Shown: positions 8,274 through 17,334 of the stretch, piece by piece
Position numbering within the stretch: position 1 is the first letter of the stretch
How the letters are laid out: the number at the start of each line of letters is the position of its first letter
NCBI GenBank assembly: GCA_963806855.1
Contig: CAWDYW010000001.1
Location: 832,001-896,000, forward strand
Direction: 5' to 3'
Length of the DNA stretch: 64,000 nt
From: an uncultured Verrucomicrobiae bacterium
GTDB lineage: Bacteria; Chlamydiota; Chlamydiia; Chlamydiales; Rhabdochlamydiaceae
Notes under the pieces: model-generated
Database searches by the model: none
What the model saw: only the letters and a program-made list of their open reading frames with translations
Told to the model about the DNA's origin: nothing
Made by a program: the position numbers and the translations under genes

Positions 8274-9102
8274 GCCTTGTTTTAAAAATTCTATTAATAG
8301 CTAAATAATATTCTCCTTGTTCGGAGTACATCCCTCTGTAGTAGAGTGGATAAAGGGTCGCGAGCGAAATTGTATGAATCCTTTTCAGCACAAGTGGTTC
8401 GGTGAACTGCTCGTTTCTCACTGTGGTTGAAACAAAGTAGTTTTCGGGATGTAAAACTTTAGGCAGTCCCTCGACTACAAAACCCATTTTGAAGAAATTC
8501 ATAATGATTTCGCATAGCTGGCAGAGCTCATGTTTACCTCGAGCCGAGTTTTGTAAGAACTCGGCTGATTCCGCAGGTAATTGAGAGACAATGTTTTGCT
8601 TTAATTTTCCCTCTCTAAGAAAAAATGCAATCCCATTTTTCCGAACAATATGGTGAAATGTTTTTCTCCAGCTTTTCTCCTTTGGCTCTCCTTTTTGCAA
8701 AAATGAAGCTACTTCATCCTCTGCATTTACAATCTCATCCTCGTTTGTGTAACAACGCTCTGCATCTTTGATATCCAACACAAAAAGTTGCACTCGACTA
8801 GGTGAGAGATGGCTATTTGAATAGTCCATCTGGCTTTGTAGGTCGGTGACGGTGCATTCTTTTATCAAGTTCTTTAAAAATCTTGAGTTTTGATTTCCAT
8901 TGATCGGTTGCACATCACAACACAAACAACCGAGTTGCTGTTCAATTTGTTGTGCATAGCACCTAAAGTCAGTCCTAGCGCCATCTAAAGACTGGATAGG
9001 GATCGCCTTGAGAGCAATTTCTACAGTTTTACGATCGTCAAGTTGTAGGAAGTAGGAAAGTGCAAACCCACTATCAACTCTATTGATACTGAATACATTC
9101 AT
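8224..9102 (-). CDS. Hypothetical protein
   Basis: ATG at 9102 overlaps the upstream stop (ATGA), implying translational coupling. Confidence 0.75.
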   Translation of the reverse strand: MNVFSINRVDSGFALSYFLQLDDRKTVEIALKAIPIQSLDGARTDFRCYAQQIEQQLGCLCCDVQPINGNQNSRFLKNLIKECTVTDLQSQMDYSNSHLSPSRVQLFVLDIKDAERCYTNEDEIVNAEDEVASFLQKGEPKEKSWRKTFHHIVRKNGIAFFLREGKLKQNIVSQLPAESAEFLQNSARGKHELCQLCEIIMNFFKMGFVVEGLPKVLHPENYFVSTTVRNEQFTEPLVLKRIHTISLATLYPLYYRGMYSEQGEYYLAINRIFKTRHDYDETTKTTAITITQ

Positions 9103-10442
9103 ATGGCCCTCTCTGAATTTTGAGATGTTTCCGGCAACGTAAAATCGATTTCTTTTCTCAGCCTGAAAATCCCTAGTAAATTTATGATGAGTAACATACA
9201 TCCGGAAAGTGACATGACAAGCAGCGCCTTCGATTGATCAAAAAATGAGAAACAAAAGAGGAATGCGGCTGCGAGAAAAAGGTACACTTTTTCTCCGTAG
9301 TTGGAATGCAACTGACGAGCGCATTTCAGTCCCACAAGCAAATATGAAATCAACGTTGTATAAACAAGAACGAATAAGAAAAGAGGCATGAAAATCTCTT
9401 GCCCTGGGAAATGGAATGACAACGCTTTTTGAACGACCAGCGTTGAGTCCACCTGGGGAGCTGCATACCAAAGACCTGTGCAGAGCGCCACCAAAAGAGA
9501 GCACGTGCACACAAGATTGTCGATAAAAACCCCAAAGATCGTGAGGCGTGCTTGTGAAACTAGTTTTTCAGCACTCGTTTCACTATGAATAATCGAGTCA
9601 TATCCTATACCGATGTCCGCCGAGTAGACTGATCGTGCGATACCATTTTGCAGGGCAAGCAGAATGGAGCTGCCTACAAAGCCGCCAAGTGCCGCATGAC
9701 CCGTAAAAGCAGACTTGAAAATCGTAACGAATAAGCCCGGGAGCTCTGGGATATGATGGCCAATCACCCAGAAGCACATCGCTATGTATACTAAAGTGAA
9801 CGCCGGCATGAGCAGAGAACAGATTTTCCCAACCCGCTGAATCCCTCCAATTACGGCATATAAAATCAAAGAAAGTATCCCTAGTGAGACCACAACATGA
9901 TCAAGCTGCCAATTGGTTGAAATGCTATGCGTAAGAACGGAAAATTGATAGATTTCAGCTCCATAAATACACAATAAAATGCAGACCAAGGTCCCAATCC
10001 AGCGAACATTAAAAGCTTTTCGCAAGAAATGGATGCTTCCACCGTCATAGCCCCCTTTTTCATTAGGGACGCGGTATTTTAACCCTAAAAACACTTCTGA
10101 GTATTTGATTATCGACCCTAAGAAAGCCGCGATCCAAACCCAGAAAATAGCTCCTGGACCACCCAATTGAAGAGCAGTGATAATCCCCACAATATTGCCA
10201 ACACCCACCATCCCTCCTACTGAAGTGAAAAACACTTTTAGTGGATGGGTTCCCCGAGAAGAGCCGGCGCGATAGCGGATAAACTCCGAAAAAGTGCGTA
10301 TAATCGTAGGGAACGATCGAATCTGAAAAAATCGTGTTTTGATAGTAAAGTAACTACCCAATACAGCGATGATTGCAAAACCAATATAGCTCCAAAAAAA
10401 CGCATCTAAACGTGATAAAAAATCAAAAACATGATTAAACAT
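9099..10442 (-). CDS. Alanine/glycine:cation symporter (AGCS family)
   Basis: GVGNIVG, GGPGAIFWVW, KYSE motifs; multiple TM helices. Confidence 0.9.
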   Translation of the reverse strand: MFNHVFDFLSRLDAFFWSYIGFAIIAVLGSYFTIKTRFFQIRSFPTIIRTFSEFIRYRAGSSRGTHPLKVFFTSVGGMVGVGNIVGIITALQLGGPGAIFWVWIAAFLGSIIKYSEVFLGLKYRVPNEKGGYDGGSIHFLRKAFNVRWIGTLVCILLCIYGAEIYQFSVLTHSISTNWQLDHVVVSLGILSLILYAVIGGIQRVGKICSLLMPAFTLVYIAMCFWVIGHHIPELPGLFVTIFKSAFTGHAALGGFVGSSILLALQNGIARSVYSADIGIGYDSIIHSETSAEKLVSQARLTIFGVFIDNLVCTCSLLVALCTGLWYAAPQVDSTLVVQKALSFHFPGQEIFMPLFLFVLVYTTLISYLLVGLKCARQLHSNYGEKVYLFLAAAFLFCFSFFDQSKALLVMSLSGCMLLIINLLGIFRLRKEIDFTLPETSQNSERAI

Positions 10443-10586
10443 AAAAATCCCATAGTAAAATAGTTTAATTCCGAAAATTATTATTCAGAACAAATCGAAA
10501 ACATAATGTGCTAAGAAGAAAAGGCTAAAAAACCAGATCTTAGAAGCTGTATAAAGTCATAAATATGTAAAAAAAAGGGGGGGGGG

Positions 10587-10724
10587 TTACTTTTGCTTTC
10601 GCTTAGTAACAAGAGATGGCTTTCGTTTCAAAGCCTTGAAAGAAGAAAAGAAAGAAAGAGATTGAACTGTTGTAATGAGACTACCTTGGTGTTCTAACAA
10701 AGGCGTCTGTTCTTGCCTATGCAT
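10587..10724 (-). CDS. Putative 45-aa leader/small ORF
   Basis: AAAAGGAA RBS then MHRQEQTPLLEHQGSLITTVQSLSFFSSFKALKRKPSLVTKRKQK*. Confidence 0.4.
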   Translation of the reverse strand: MHRQEQTPLLEHQGSLITTVQSLSFFSSFKALKRKPSLVTKRKQK

Positions 10725-10873
10725 ATTTGTTCCTTTTGTTAAGCATGCCCATTATGGGCATAGGATTATATTTTAGCAAAAAATGACTATTATATCAAGA
10801 CATTTGATCTCACTTGCGAGTTTGTCGATTTTTTTGATAGAATTATCCGCTAACTATCAAGGGGATATAATAT

Positions 10874-11323
10874 ATGCGGCTGTTAGTTCAGGTGGTAAAA
10901 GAAGCTACGGTGACAAATAATGACAAGACCGCAGACTCTATTAATCGCGGGCTGTTGATCTTTTTTGGGACCCATATTCAGGATACGCTGCCTACCTCCG
11001 AATGGATGGCAGAAAAGATCTCTAATCTGCGCATTTTGCCCGATTCGGACGACAAAATGAATCTTTCCATCAAAGATACAGGGGGAGCAGTATTGATTGT
11101 ATCTCAATTCACGCTATATGCGGATTGCTCACAAGGGAGAAGACCCTCCTTTACTAACGCGGCCCCTCCCCCTCTAGCCAAAGAGCTCTATGAGAAGTTT
11201 GTGTCTGCAATGAGAGCTCGTGTAAAAACCGTAGAAACAGGCGTATTTGGGGATTTGATGGCCGTATCATTGATCAATGACGGTCCCATGACATTCATCA
11301 TCGATTCTCCTCCTCCTAAGTAA
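10874..11323 (+). CDS. dtd: D-aminoacyl-tRNA deacylase
   Basis: SQFTL, G.RPSF and NDGP.T motifs; 149 aa. Confidence 0.95.
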   Translation: MRLLVQVVKEATVTNNDKTADSINRGLLIFFGTHIQDTLPTSEWMAEKISNLRILPDSDDKMNLSIKDTGGAVLIVSQFTLYADCSQGRRPSFTNAAPPPLAKELYEKFVSAMRARVKTVETGVFGDLMAVSLINDGPMTFIIDSPPPK

Positions 11324-11371
11324 ATGAATTCTCATGGAGCTTCCCATAAATACTCTGGTTAGAACTTTCTG

Positions 11372-11401
11372 TTTGACATATGTCAAAAATTCAAGTACAA
11401 T
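11372..11401 (+). promoter_or_regulatory. Sigma70-type promoter with palindromic operator for the TA operon
   Basis: TTGACA-17 bp-TACAAT; perfect palindrome TTTGACATATGTCAAA over the -35. Confidence 0.75.
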
Positions 11402-11428
11402 TAAGATTATTAAAAAGGACACTAGGGC

Positions 11429-11725
11429 ATGGCGAACTGGACGGTAACTTTTAAACTGGCAGCAAAAAAGCAATATAAGCAACTGGAAAGAAGTGGATCA
11501 AAGCCATCGGTAAATGATGCGATTGACGCTCTAGCGCTCGACCTACAGCAAAATGGGCCAAACTTACCGAGCTGGCCAAATTATGGCCCTTTAGGTAAAG
11601 ATCAATATCATTGCCATCTCCGCAAGGGGAAGCCAACATATGTCGCCTGTTGGAGAGTAATAAATAAGCAAGCTAAGGAAATAGAGGTATACTATGTCGG
11701 AACACATGAACAAGCTCCATACTAA
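11429..11725 (+). CDS. RelE/HigB-like toxin
   Basis: 98 aa; YHCHL...YVACW...IEVYYVGTHE.APY; upstream of an HTH gene. Confidence 0.75.
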   Translation: MANWTVTFKLAAKKQYKQLERSGSKPSVNDAIDALALDLQQNGPNLPSWPNYGPLGKDQYHCHLRKGKPTYVACWRVINKQAKEIEVYYVGTHEQAPY

Positions 11726-12092
11726 AAAGGAAATGACCTACAAAGTGGTCATCGAATTGCCTGGGAAGAAAAAGTTGCATTCTTTTGTCCCTGCCAAGCA
11801 CTTGGAAAAGCTTGAAGCCTTTCTAGAGAAATATGGCCAGCCCGAGGAGTCTATTCTTTGGGAAGAGCTTGCTGCCAGCCGCATTAAGAAATATGGAAAG
11901 GCTGGATTGGCTTTGAGAGGAGCTCGCTTTAGGGAAGGTTTATCTCAAAAGGAATTGGCTAAACGATGTGGTATTAGTCAGGAAAATATCTCTAAAATGG
12001 AAAATGGGCAGAGACCTATCGGAGAAAAAGTGGCGAAGAAGTTGGCCAAAGCTCTGAAAATTGATTACAAACTTTTATTTGAATCTGAGTAG
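11694..12092 (+). CDS. XRE-family HTH antitoxin (HigA-like)
   Basis: LRGAR..EGLSQKELA...ISKMENG.RPIG. Confidence 0.85.
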   Translation: MSEHMNKLHTKKEMTYKVVIELPGKKKLHSFVPAKHLEKLEAFLEKYGQPEESILWEELAASRIKKYGKAGLALRGARFREGLSQKELAKRCGISQENISKMENGQRPIGEKVAKKLAKALKIDYKLLFESE

Positions 12093-12104
12093 TTCGGTAG
12101 ATTT

Positions 12105-12437
12105 ATGGCAGAGAGTTTTTGGAGAGATTTTGTTTCTTTAAGTTCCGCATGTTTATATTGGAATGATTTATCCCAGACAGATAACTTGGAAGATCTGTTA
12201 AAAAAAAATTCTTCTCTAAAAAAAGGCCCTTCACAAAAGGGAAAGATATTGACTGCTAAAAAAATGTTCGATGAATTTACTCTATTGGCAACAAGGAAGC
12301 TCTTGAGATTTTATGGAACTGATGATGATATTTGGATCACCCCCAGAGAATTTATTTCCGCTGCATTAGCTCGCAAGTATGAGCCTTCGCCTCGAGCACA
12401 ACATGGGATTCACAATCCCATGAGTTGTTGTACATAA
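12105..12437 (+). CDS. Hypothetical protein or fragment
   Basis: 110-aa ORF directly after the TA pair. Confidence 0.35.
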   Translation: MAESFWRDFVSLSSACLYWNDLSQTDNLEDLLKKNSSLKKGPSQKGKILTAKKMFDEFTLLATRKLLRFYGTDDDIWITPREFISAALARKYEPSPRAQHGIHNPMSCCT

Positions 12438-12670
12438 GTAATTGATAATAAATGATGATATTGCTGAGAAATTGGCCAATGGGTGGTTTGTGGGTGTTTA
12501 AAGGGGAATGTTGATAGCAAAATCTCGTTGAAAGTAAAGGAGAACGAATTGGGAAATTTAAGTTAAAATGTTGTGGTGTGTTGTGATCGATCCCCCCCAT
12601 CAGCCGCCCACGGGTAGTTTTGGTGGGGGAATTTGACGAGGTTATTATAGATTGATTTACATAGAGAATT

Positions 12671-13018
12671 GGGGGCGGTAGGCTCGCCCTCTCGCGGGGA
12701 CTGCGTCTCCCGTCTCCAAGGGCCGGTCTACGGCGGTCTCGCAAGCTCGACAACGCCTCCGACTTCGAGTCCAAACGAAAGCCAAACTATTGGCTTTCTC
12801 CGCCCCCAAAAAAATCAAAACCTCGCATTCGCGAGGCATTTTTTTGGGGGCGGTAGGCTCGCCCTCTCGCGGGGACTGCGTCTCCCGTCTCCAAGGGCCG
12901 GTCTACGGCGGTCTCGCAAGCTCGACAACGCCTTCGACTTCGAGTCCAAACAGAAGCCAAACTTTTGGCTTCTTCCGCCCCCAAAAATAAAATACCCGCT
13001 ACTTCGTGCGGGATTTTT
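12671..13018. repeat. Second array of tRNA-Tyr-derived units (unit, A, unit, B)
   Basis: Units 12671-12807 and 12846-12982; matches 6837-7184. Confidence 0.95.
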
Positions 13019-13099
13019 GGGGGCGGTTGGACTCGAACCAACGGAGACCGAAGTCGAGGGATTTACAGTCCCTTGCAATTGCCGCTATGCGACACCCCC
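13018..13099 (-). tRNA. tRNA-Tyr(GTA)
   Basis: GGGGGTG/CGCCCCC-A acceptor stem, CTGTAAA anticodon loop, long variable arm, GTTCGAGT T-loop; CCA not encoded. Confidence 0.97.
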
Positions 13100-13123
13100 A
13101 GTATTACTCAGGTTAAATGAAAT

Positions 13124-13196
13124 TGCTGGCGAAAGGAATTGAACCCTCAACCGTCCGATTACAAGTCGGGTGCTCTACCAATTGAGCTATGCCAGC
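13124..13196 (-). tRNA. tRNA-Thr(TGT)
   Basis: GCTGGCATAGCTCAATTGGTAGAGC...CTTGTAA...GGTTCAATTCC...GCCAGCA cloverleaf. Confidence 0.95.
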
Positions 13197-13207
13197 ATAG
13201 ATGGGAA

Positions 13208-13236
13208 ATAATAACAAATGGGATGTTTGCACTCAA
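13208..13236 (-). promoter_or_regulatory. Probable promoter of the tRNA-Thr/Tyr operon
   Basis: TTGAGT-17 bp-TATTAT just upstream of tRNA-Thr. Confidence 0.6.
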
Positions 13237-13793
13237 GAATTTTCAGAATCCTCTTCAAGTGCATAGGGGAGAACTTCTACAAATCGCTCGATTTGGCACC
13301 GGTTGTCAAACGGTACGTCGAGGTTGATCAGCTCATAATTGTTGTTGGCCCCTTTCACCGGGACTATCCGGTCTTCCTGCGCCCAGTGGTGGAGCGTTCG
13401 TTTGTTAAAATCAAAGACTAGGACCCATTGGGTGCCATCACTTAGGGTGATGAGGTCAATGTCGCTGTTATACTCTTTTATTGAGGGATAGAGGGGATAG
13501 GAATTGAAGCTCAAGGCGACATTGGGGGTATAGAGGGGCTTGGCAAGGTTCTGGAGGAGAAAGCCAGGCTGGTTGACTGCTTGAATGAGGATGGGGTCTC
13601 CCTCGGTCCACTTGCGGAGCAGGTTTTCACTAAAATGGTCGGGGGTCCACTTCCAAATCGAGCCGTCGTTTAGGGTGATCAGGACGATGGTGCTTCCGCT
13701 TTGGGCCCGGTAATCGACCGATTGGAGTTTTCTCTCGATGGGGATTGCGGCGGTGAGGAGGGTGGTCAGTAGTAGGAATAAAATTTTCTTCAT
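13233..13793 (-). CDS. Hypothetical exported protein with internal repeat
   Basis: Signal peptide; duplicated ITL.DG..W ... W...D.I motif. Confidence 0.8.
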   Translation of the reverse strand: MKKILFLLLTTLLTAAIPIERKLQSVDYRAQSGSTIVLITLNDGSIWKWTPDHFSENLLRKWTEGDPILIQAVNQPGFLLQNLAKPLYTPNVALSFNSYPLYPSIKEYNSDIDLITLSDGTQWVLVFDFNKRTLHHWAQEDRIVPVKGANNNYELINLDVPFDNRCQIERFVEVLPYALEEDSENS

Positions 13794-13862
13794 AGTGCGT
13801 TACTATAAGGAAGCGGGGAATTTTCGACTAGAGCAAAAAACTGCAAAGAAGCTATAGATGGA

Positions 13863-14462
13863 ATGATGAAAGTAGATCCTACATTTAAAGAGCGTTTTGG
13901 CATTTCCACTCCGATTATTTATTCTCACGATGTGATCGTCGATCCGAAATGGAAGGAAAAATACACTAAGGCTTGGAAAAAGTTTCGCAATGAATTTGAG
14001 CTGTGTGGTTCGGTGAGGCGGCATCAGCGGTTTGACAAGCTGCTGAAGAGGGTCGAGCAGTTAGGGGATGATTTGCCATTCACACACCTGGTTGAAATTC
14101 GGTACATAAATAAGGATGTGGGGTATGGGGTGTTTGCCAAGCAGTATATTCGTCCTTACACTCTGCTCAACCTTTATGGCGGAATTTTAAGGCACGACGA
14201 GGCGATTGCTGAAGATAACGACAGTACGTTTATGTTCTCCAACTTCCCCGATTTTTCAATCGATGCTGCCAAGGTGGGCAATTGGTGTCGATTTATGAAC
14301 CATAGCGAGACGGGGACGAATGTGATCGCATGGGAACACTATTCGAAGTGGGGGCCTCGCATTTTGTTCACTGCGGGAAGAAAGGGGATTCGGAAGGGAG
14401 CGCAACTATTGTATAGCTATGGCGACAGCTATTGGGAAGATGAGGGGTTTGAAGAGCTGTGA
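13863..14462 (+). CDS. SET-domain protein-lysine methyltransferase (NUE-like)
   Basis: GYGVFA, GNWCRFMNHS, QLLYSYG..YW. Confidence 0.9.
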   Translation: MMKVDPTFKERFGISTPIIYSHDVIVDPKWKEKYTKAWKKFRNEFELCGSVRRHQRFDKLLKRVEQLGDDLPFTHLVEIRYINKDVGYGVFAKQYIRPYTLLNLYGGILRHDEAIAEDNDSTFMFSNFPDFSIDAAKVGNWCRFMNHSETGTNVIAWEHYSKWGPRILFTAGRKGIRKGAQLLYSYGDSYWEDEGFEEL

Positions 14463-14890
14463 TTTTTCTTCTGCTGGCGGTTGTCTGTTTTCTTGTCCAC
14501 TGGGCCATTCGGAGAAAAGATGGGGCCAATCTGCTGCTGCTCTATCTGGTGTTTTTCTGCTATGGGCTCTATGGCATTGCCGATTTTACAGTGGATGTGA
14601 TTTATCCGACTTACTCTGCTCAGTTGATGGGCTGGCAGGGGGGTAACCCTTTTCAATTTGAAACCGGGATCGCCAATTTGAGTTTAGGCGTTTTGGGGCT
14701 TTTAAGTGTTAGATTTCGGAATGGTTTTTTGCTGGCGACGATCATTGGCAACTCGATTTGGCTGTGGGGCGATGTGATCGGTCATTTAATGAAAAGTGGG
14801 GAGAGGATGGACCTCTTTTATTGGGCAGATGCTTTTATCCCCCTTTTAATTTGGATCGTCTATTTTTTAAAACCTTCCAAACAATCTTAA
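14459..14890 (+). CDS. Membrane protein (DUF6790-like)
   Basis: GW...NPFQFE.G.ANL..G motif, 4 TM segments. Confidence 0.7.
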   Translation: MIFLLLAVVCFLVHWAIRRKDGANLLLLYLVFFCYGLYGIADFTVDVIYPTYSAQLMGWQGGNPFQFETGIANLSLGVLGLLSVRFRNGFLLATIIGNSIWLWGDVIGHLMKSGERMDLFYWADAFIPLLIWIVYFLKPSKQS

Positions 14891-14930
14891 GGGATCTTAT
14901 ACTCCTGCTGTGAAAGAAAAGGAGTCATAG

Positions 14931-15293
14931 ATGATTTCAGGTGTTAAACATGTCAGTATCCCGGTAAAAAACCAGGATAAGGCGCTCAAATTTTATACCG
15001 AGATTCTCGGGTTTGAGGTGCTCGTCGATGCTGAATTCGGCCCACAGCGGTGGATCGAACTCAAGATCCCCGGAGGCGAGACTCAAGTGGTTCTCTTTAC
15101 CCCAGAGGGGCATGAGGATCGGGTCGGAACTTTTTCCAATATTGTCTTTATGACGGATGATATTAAGAAAACGTTTAAGGATTTGAAGGCAAAAGGGGTC
15201 AAATTCACCAAGGATCTCACTGAAGAGTCTTGGGGCACTTATGCTATCTTCGAAGATGCAGAAGGCAATACTTTCTGCTTATCGTCTGCCTAA
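14931..15293 (+). CDS. VOC/glyoxalase family protein
   Basis: HVSIPV..QDKAL.FY...LGF; WG..A.F.D.EGN. Confidence 0.9.
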   Translation: MISGVKHVSIPVKNQDKALKFYTEILGFEVLVDAEFGPQRWIELKIPGGETQVVLFTPEGHEDRVGTFSNIVFMTDDIKKTFKDLKAKGVKFTKDLTEESWGTYAIFEDAEGNTFCLSSA

Positions 15294-15980
15294 TACATTT
15301 AAGATTTGTTGCAAGACCGCCTCTTTAGGGGCGGTTGAATCGACTGTGTGCAGCGCGTTTTGTTTGCTGTAGAAATCGATCAGGGGGGCTGTCTGCTCAT
15401 GGTAGACTTTTAGCCGCTCTTCGACCACTTCTTTAGTGTCATCGCTGCGCTGATAGAGGGTGCCGCCGCATTTATCACAGATTCCCTCTTTTTGTGGACG
15501 GGAATTGATGAGGTGATAGGGGGTTTGGCACGATTTGCAAATTTGTCTTTTAACGATCCTGTCGACGATTTCAGCATCGGGAATGTTTAGGCTAATCGCT
15601 GTGACTTGGGAGTCGGTCAGTCGTTTTTGGAGGGCCTCTGCTTGGGGGATATTGCGGGGGAAACCGTCGAGGATATACCCTTTCTGGCAATCGGGCTGCG
15701 CGACCCTTGCAAAGAGCATGTCGAAGACCAGGTCGTCGGGGACGAGCTTCCCGGCATCCATGTAGGTTTTCGCTTTATGGCCCAGGTCGGTCCCTTGTTT
15801 AATATTTTCGCGTAACAGCTCGCCGGTCGAAATATGGGCGATTTCCATTTTCTCTTTGATCAGGCTTGCCTGAGAGCCTTTGCCAGCACCTGGAGGGCCT
15901 AAGAGGATAACGACTTGAGTTTGAGTTGCTTGTAGACTGGCCATAAATAGAATCAACAGGATTAAAATTTTCTTAAACAT
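15279..15980 (-). CDS. adk: Adenylate kinase with N-terminal signal-peptide-like extension
   Basis: GPPGAGKG, LDGFPR, Zn-lid CxxC/CxxC, QRSDD. Confidence 0.95.
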   Translation of the reverse strand: MFKKILILLILFMASLQATQTQVVILLGPPGAGKGSQASLIKEKMEIAHISTGELLRENIKQGTDLGHKAKTYMDAGKLVPDDLVFDMLFARVAQPDCQKGYILDGFPRNIPQAEALQKRLTDSQVTAISLNIPDAEIVDRIVKRQICKSCQTPYHLINSRPQKEGICDKCGGTLYQRSDDTKEVVEERLKVYHEQTAPLIDFYSKQNALHTVDSTAPKEAVLQQILNVLGRR

Positions 15981-16131
15981 ACAAAGCTATGATACCATTT
16001 TCGGGGATTTTTTTATACCCAAAGAACTTGAAAAGTTGGGAATTCGGCAAAAAATCTGCAGCAAAGCCGACGAAGCCGAAAACCAACTTTTCAAGTTGTT
16101 TGGGTTTAATGGGTATGATAATGTTTGGGGT

Positions 16132-17334
16132 ATGAAAAACTTATTCCTGTTTGCTCTCCTTATCTCTTCTAGTCTATTCGCAGAGGTCGATTTCTCCGAT
16201 TTCGATCGGTACCAGGGACGGTGCACCCGGGCCGAGCTCGAGAAGAAATTGGGGCTCTTTTTGCAGAAAGACGGCGGCGTCGGCAGTTATTTTTCACTGA
16301 CCGATAGCTCTTTAACTTTCTACAATGATGCTGAGACCAATCCTGAGCGAGGGGTCGAGTATGAATTGAAGCTCGCCGCACAGGGGAGTGCCTTAACACC
16401 AGCCCCATTGCGCAAGGATCTGGTCGGTGTGAAAATCGCGATCGATCCGGGCCATTTGGGTGGGGTTTTTGCCAATCTCGAGGACCGCTTTATTGACATT
16501 CCTCCTTCGCTGGAGCGAGTTGATTCAATTAAATTCGATGAGGGGACGCTCTGCTTTTTGACCGGGATGTATCTGAAGCTTCTTCTGGAGAAGGAGGGGG
16601 CGATTGTGATGATGACGCGCGATCAAATTGGCACGGGGGTCTATGGGGACGATTTTTTTGATTGGCTTAAGAAGAATGTCCATTTGTGGATGGGAGAAGG
16701 GGGATCGCTGAAGAAGCTTTTTGGCAAGTACTATAATCCGCTCGATTTGCGCGCGCGCGCCAAAAAGATCAATCAATTTGCTCCCGATTTGAGCGTGGTG
16801 ATCCACTATAATTCTCAAGATGGGGAGAATAATGGGCCGTCGAATCATACGATTTCTCCTGTGAATTACAACATGGTTTTTGTTCCGGGCGCTTTTTGCC
16901 ATAATGAGCTGGCCGATCGCGATAGCCGCTATGAATTCATGCGTCTGCTGGTGAGCGAGGATCTTCACGGCTCCCTAACTTTAAGTCAGGCGATTTTGGA
17001 AAAATTTGGGGAGCACTTGCAGGTGCCGCCTGTTTCAAAATCGGATGGGGCCAATTATCTCAATCGGGTGGGGATCAAAATCGGCGAGGGGATTTATGCG
17101 CGCAATCTGGCGCTAACGCGGCTGATTCATGGTCCCATTTGCTATGGGGAGACGCTTATTCAAAACAACATCGACGAGTGCGTCAGATTGAACAGACGCG
17201 ATTTTGTGATAGGTGGAGTCTGGTGCTCTTCGAGGATCAAGCAGGTTGCTGAGGCCTACTTCGAGGGGATTAAAAGCTATCTGCTCACTTGCGGAATAGA
17301 TAAAAAAACAGATTTAGTAGAATCGTCAAAATAA
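16132..17334 (+). CDS. N-acetylmuramoyl-L-alanine amidase (Amidase_3-like)
   Basis: Signal peptide; IDPGH, MTR, L.ARA..IN, IHYN motifs. Confidence 0.8.
   Translation: MKNLFLFALLISSSLFAEVDFSDFDRYQGRCTRAELEKKLGLFLQKDGGVGSYFSLTDSSLTFYNDAETNPERGVEYELKLAAQGSALTPAPLRKDLVGVKIAIDPGHLGGVFANLEDRFIDIPPSLERVDSIKFDEGTLCFLTGMYLKLLLEKEGAIVMMTRDQIGTGVYGDDFFDWLKKNVHLWMGEGGSLKKLFGKYYNPLDLRARAKKINQFAPDLSVVIHYNSQDGENNGPSNHTISPVNYNMVFVPGAFCHNELADRDSRYEFMRLLVSEDLHGSLTLSQAILEKFGEHLQVPPVSKSDGANYLNRVGIKIGEGIYARNLALTRLIHGPICYGETLIQNNIDECVRLNRRDFVIGGVWCSSRIKQVAEAYFEGIKSYLLTCGIDKKTDLVESSK

Larger units (their letters stand above)
7237..12670. mobile_element. tRNA-Tyr-integrated island A (no integrase)
   Basis: Lies between intact tRNA-Tyr and its displaced 3' half; ccccccat..ccgccca motif near both ends (7352-7371, ~12592-12610). 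Confidence 0.75.

Noticed and set aside
13139..13327. 62-aa ORF MNPQPSDYKSGALPIEL
   Set aside because: Antisense translation of tRNA-Thr
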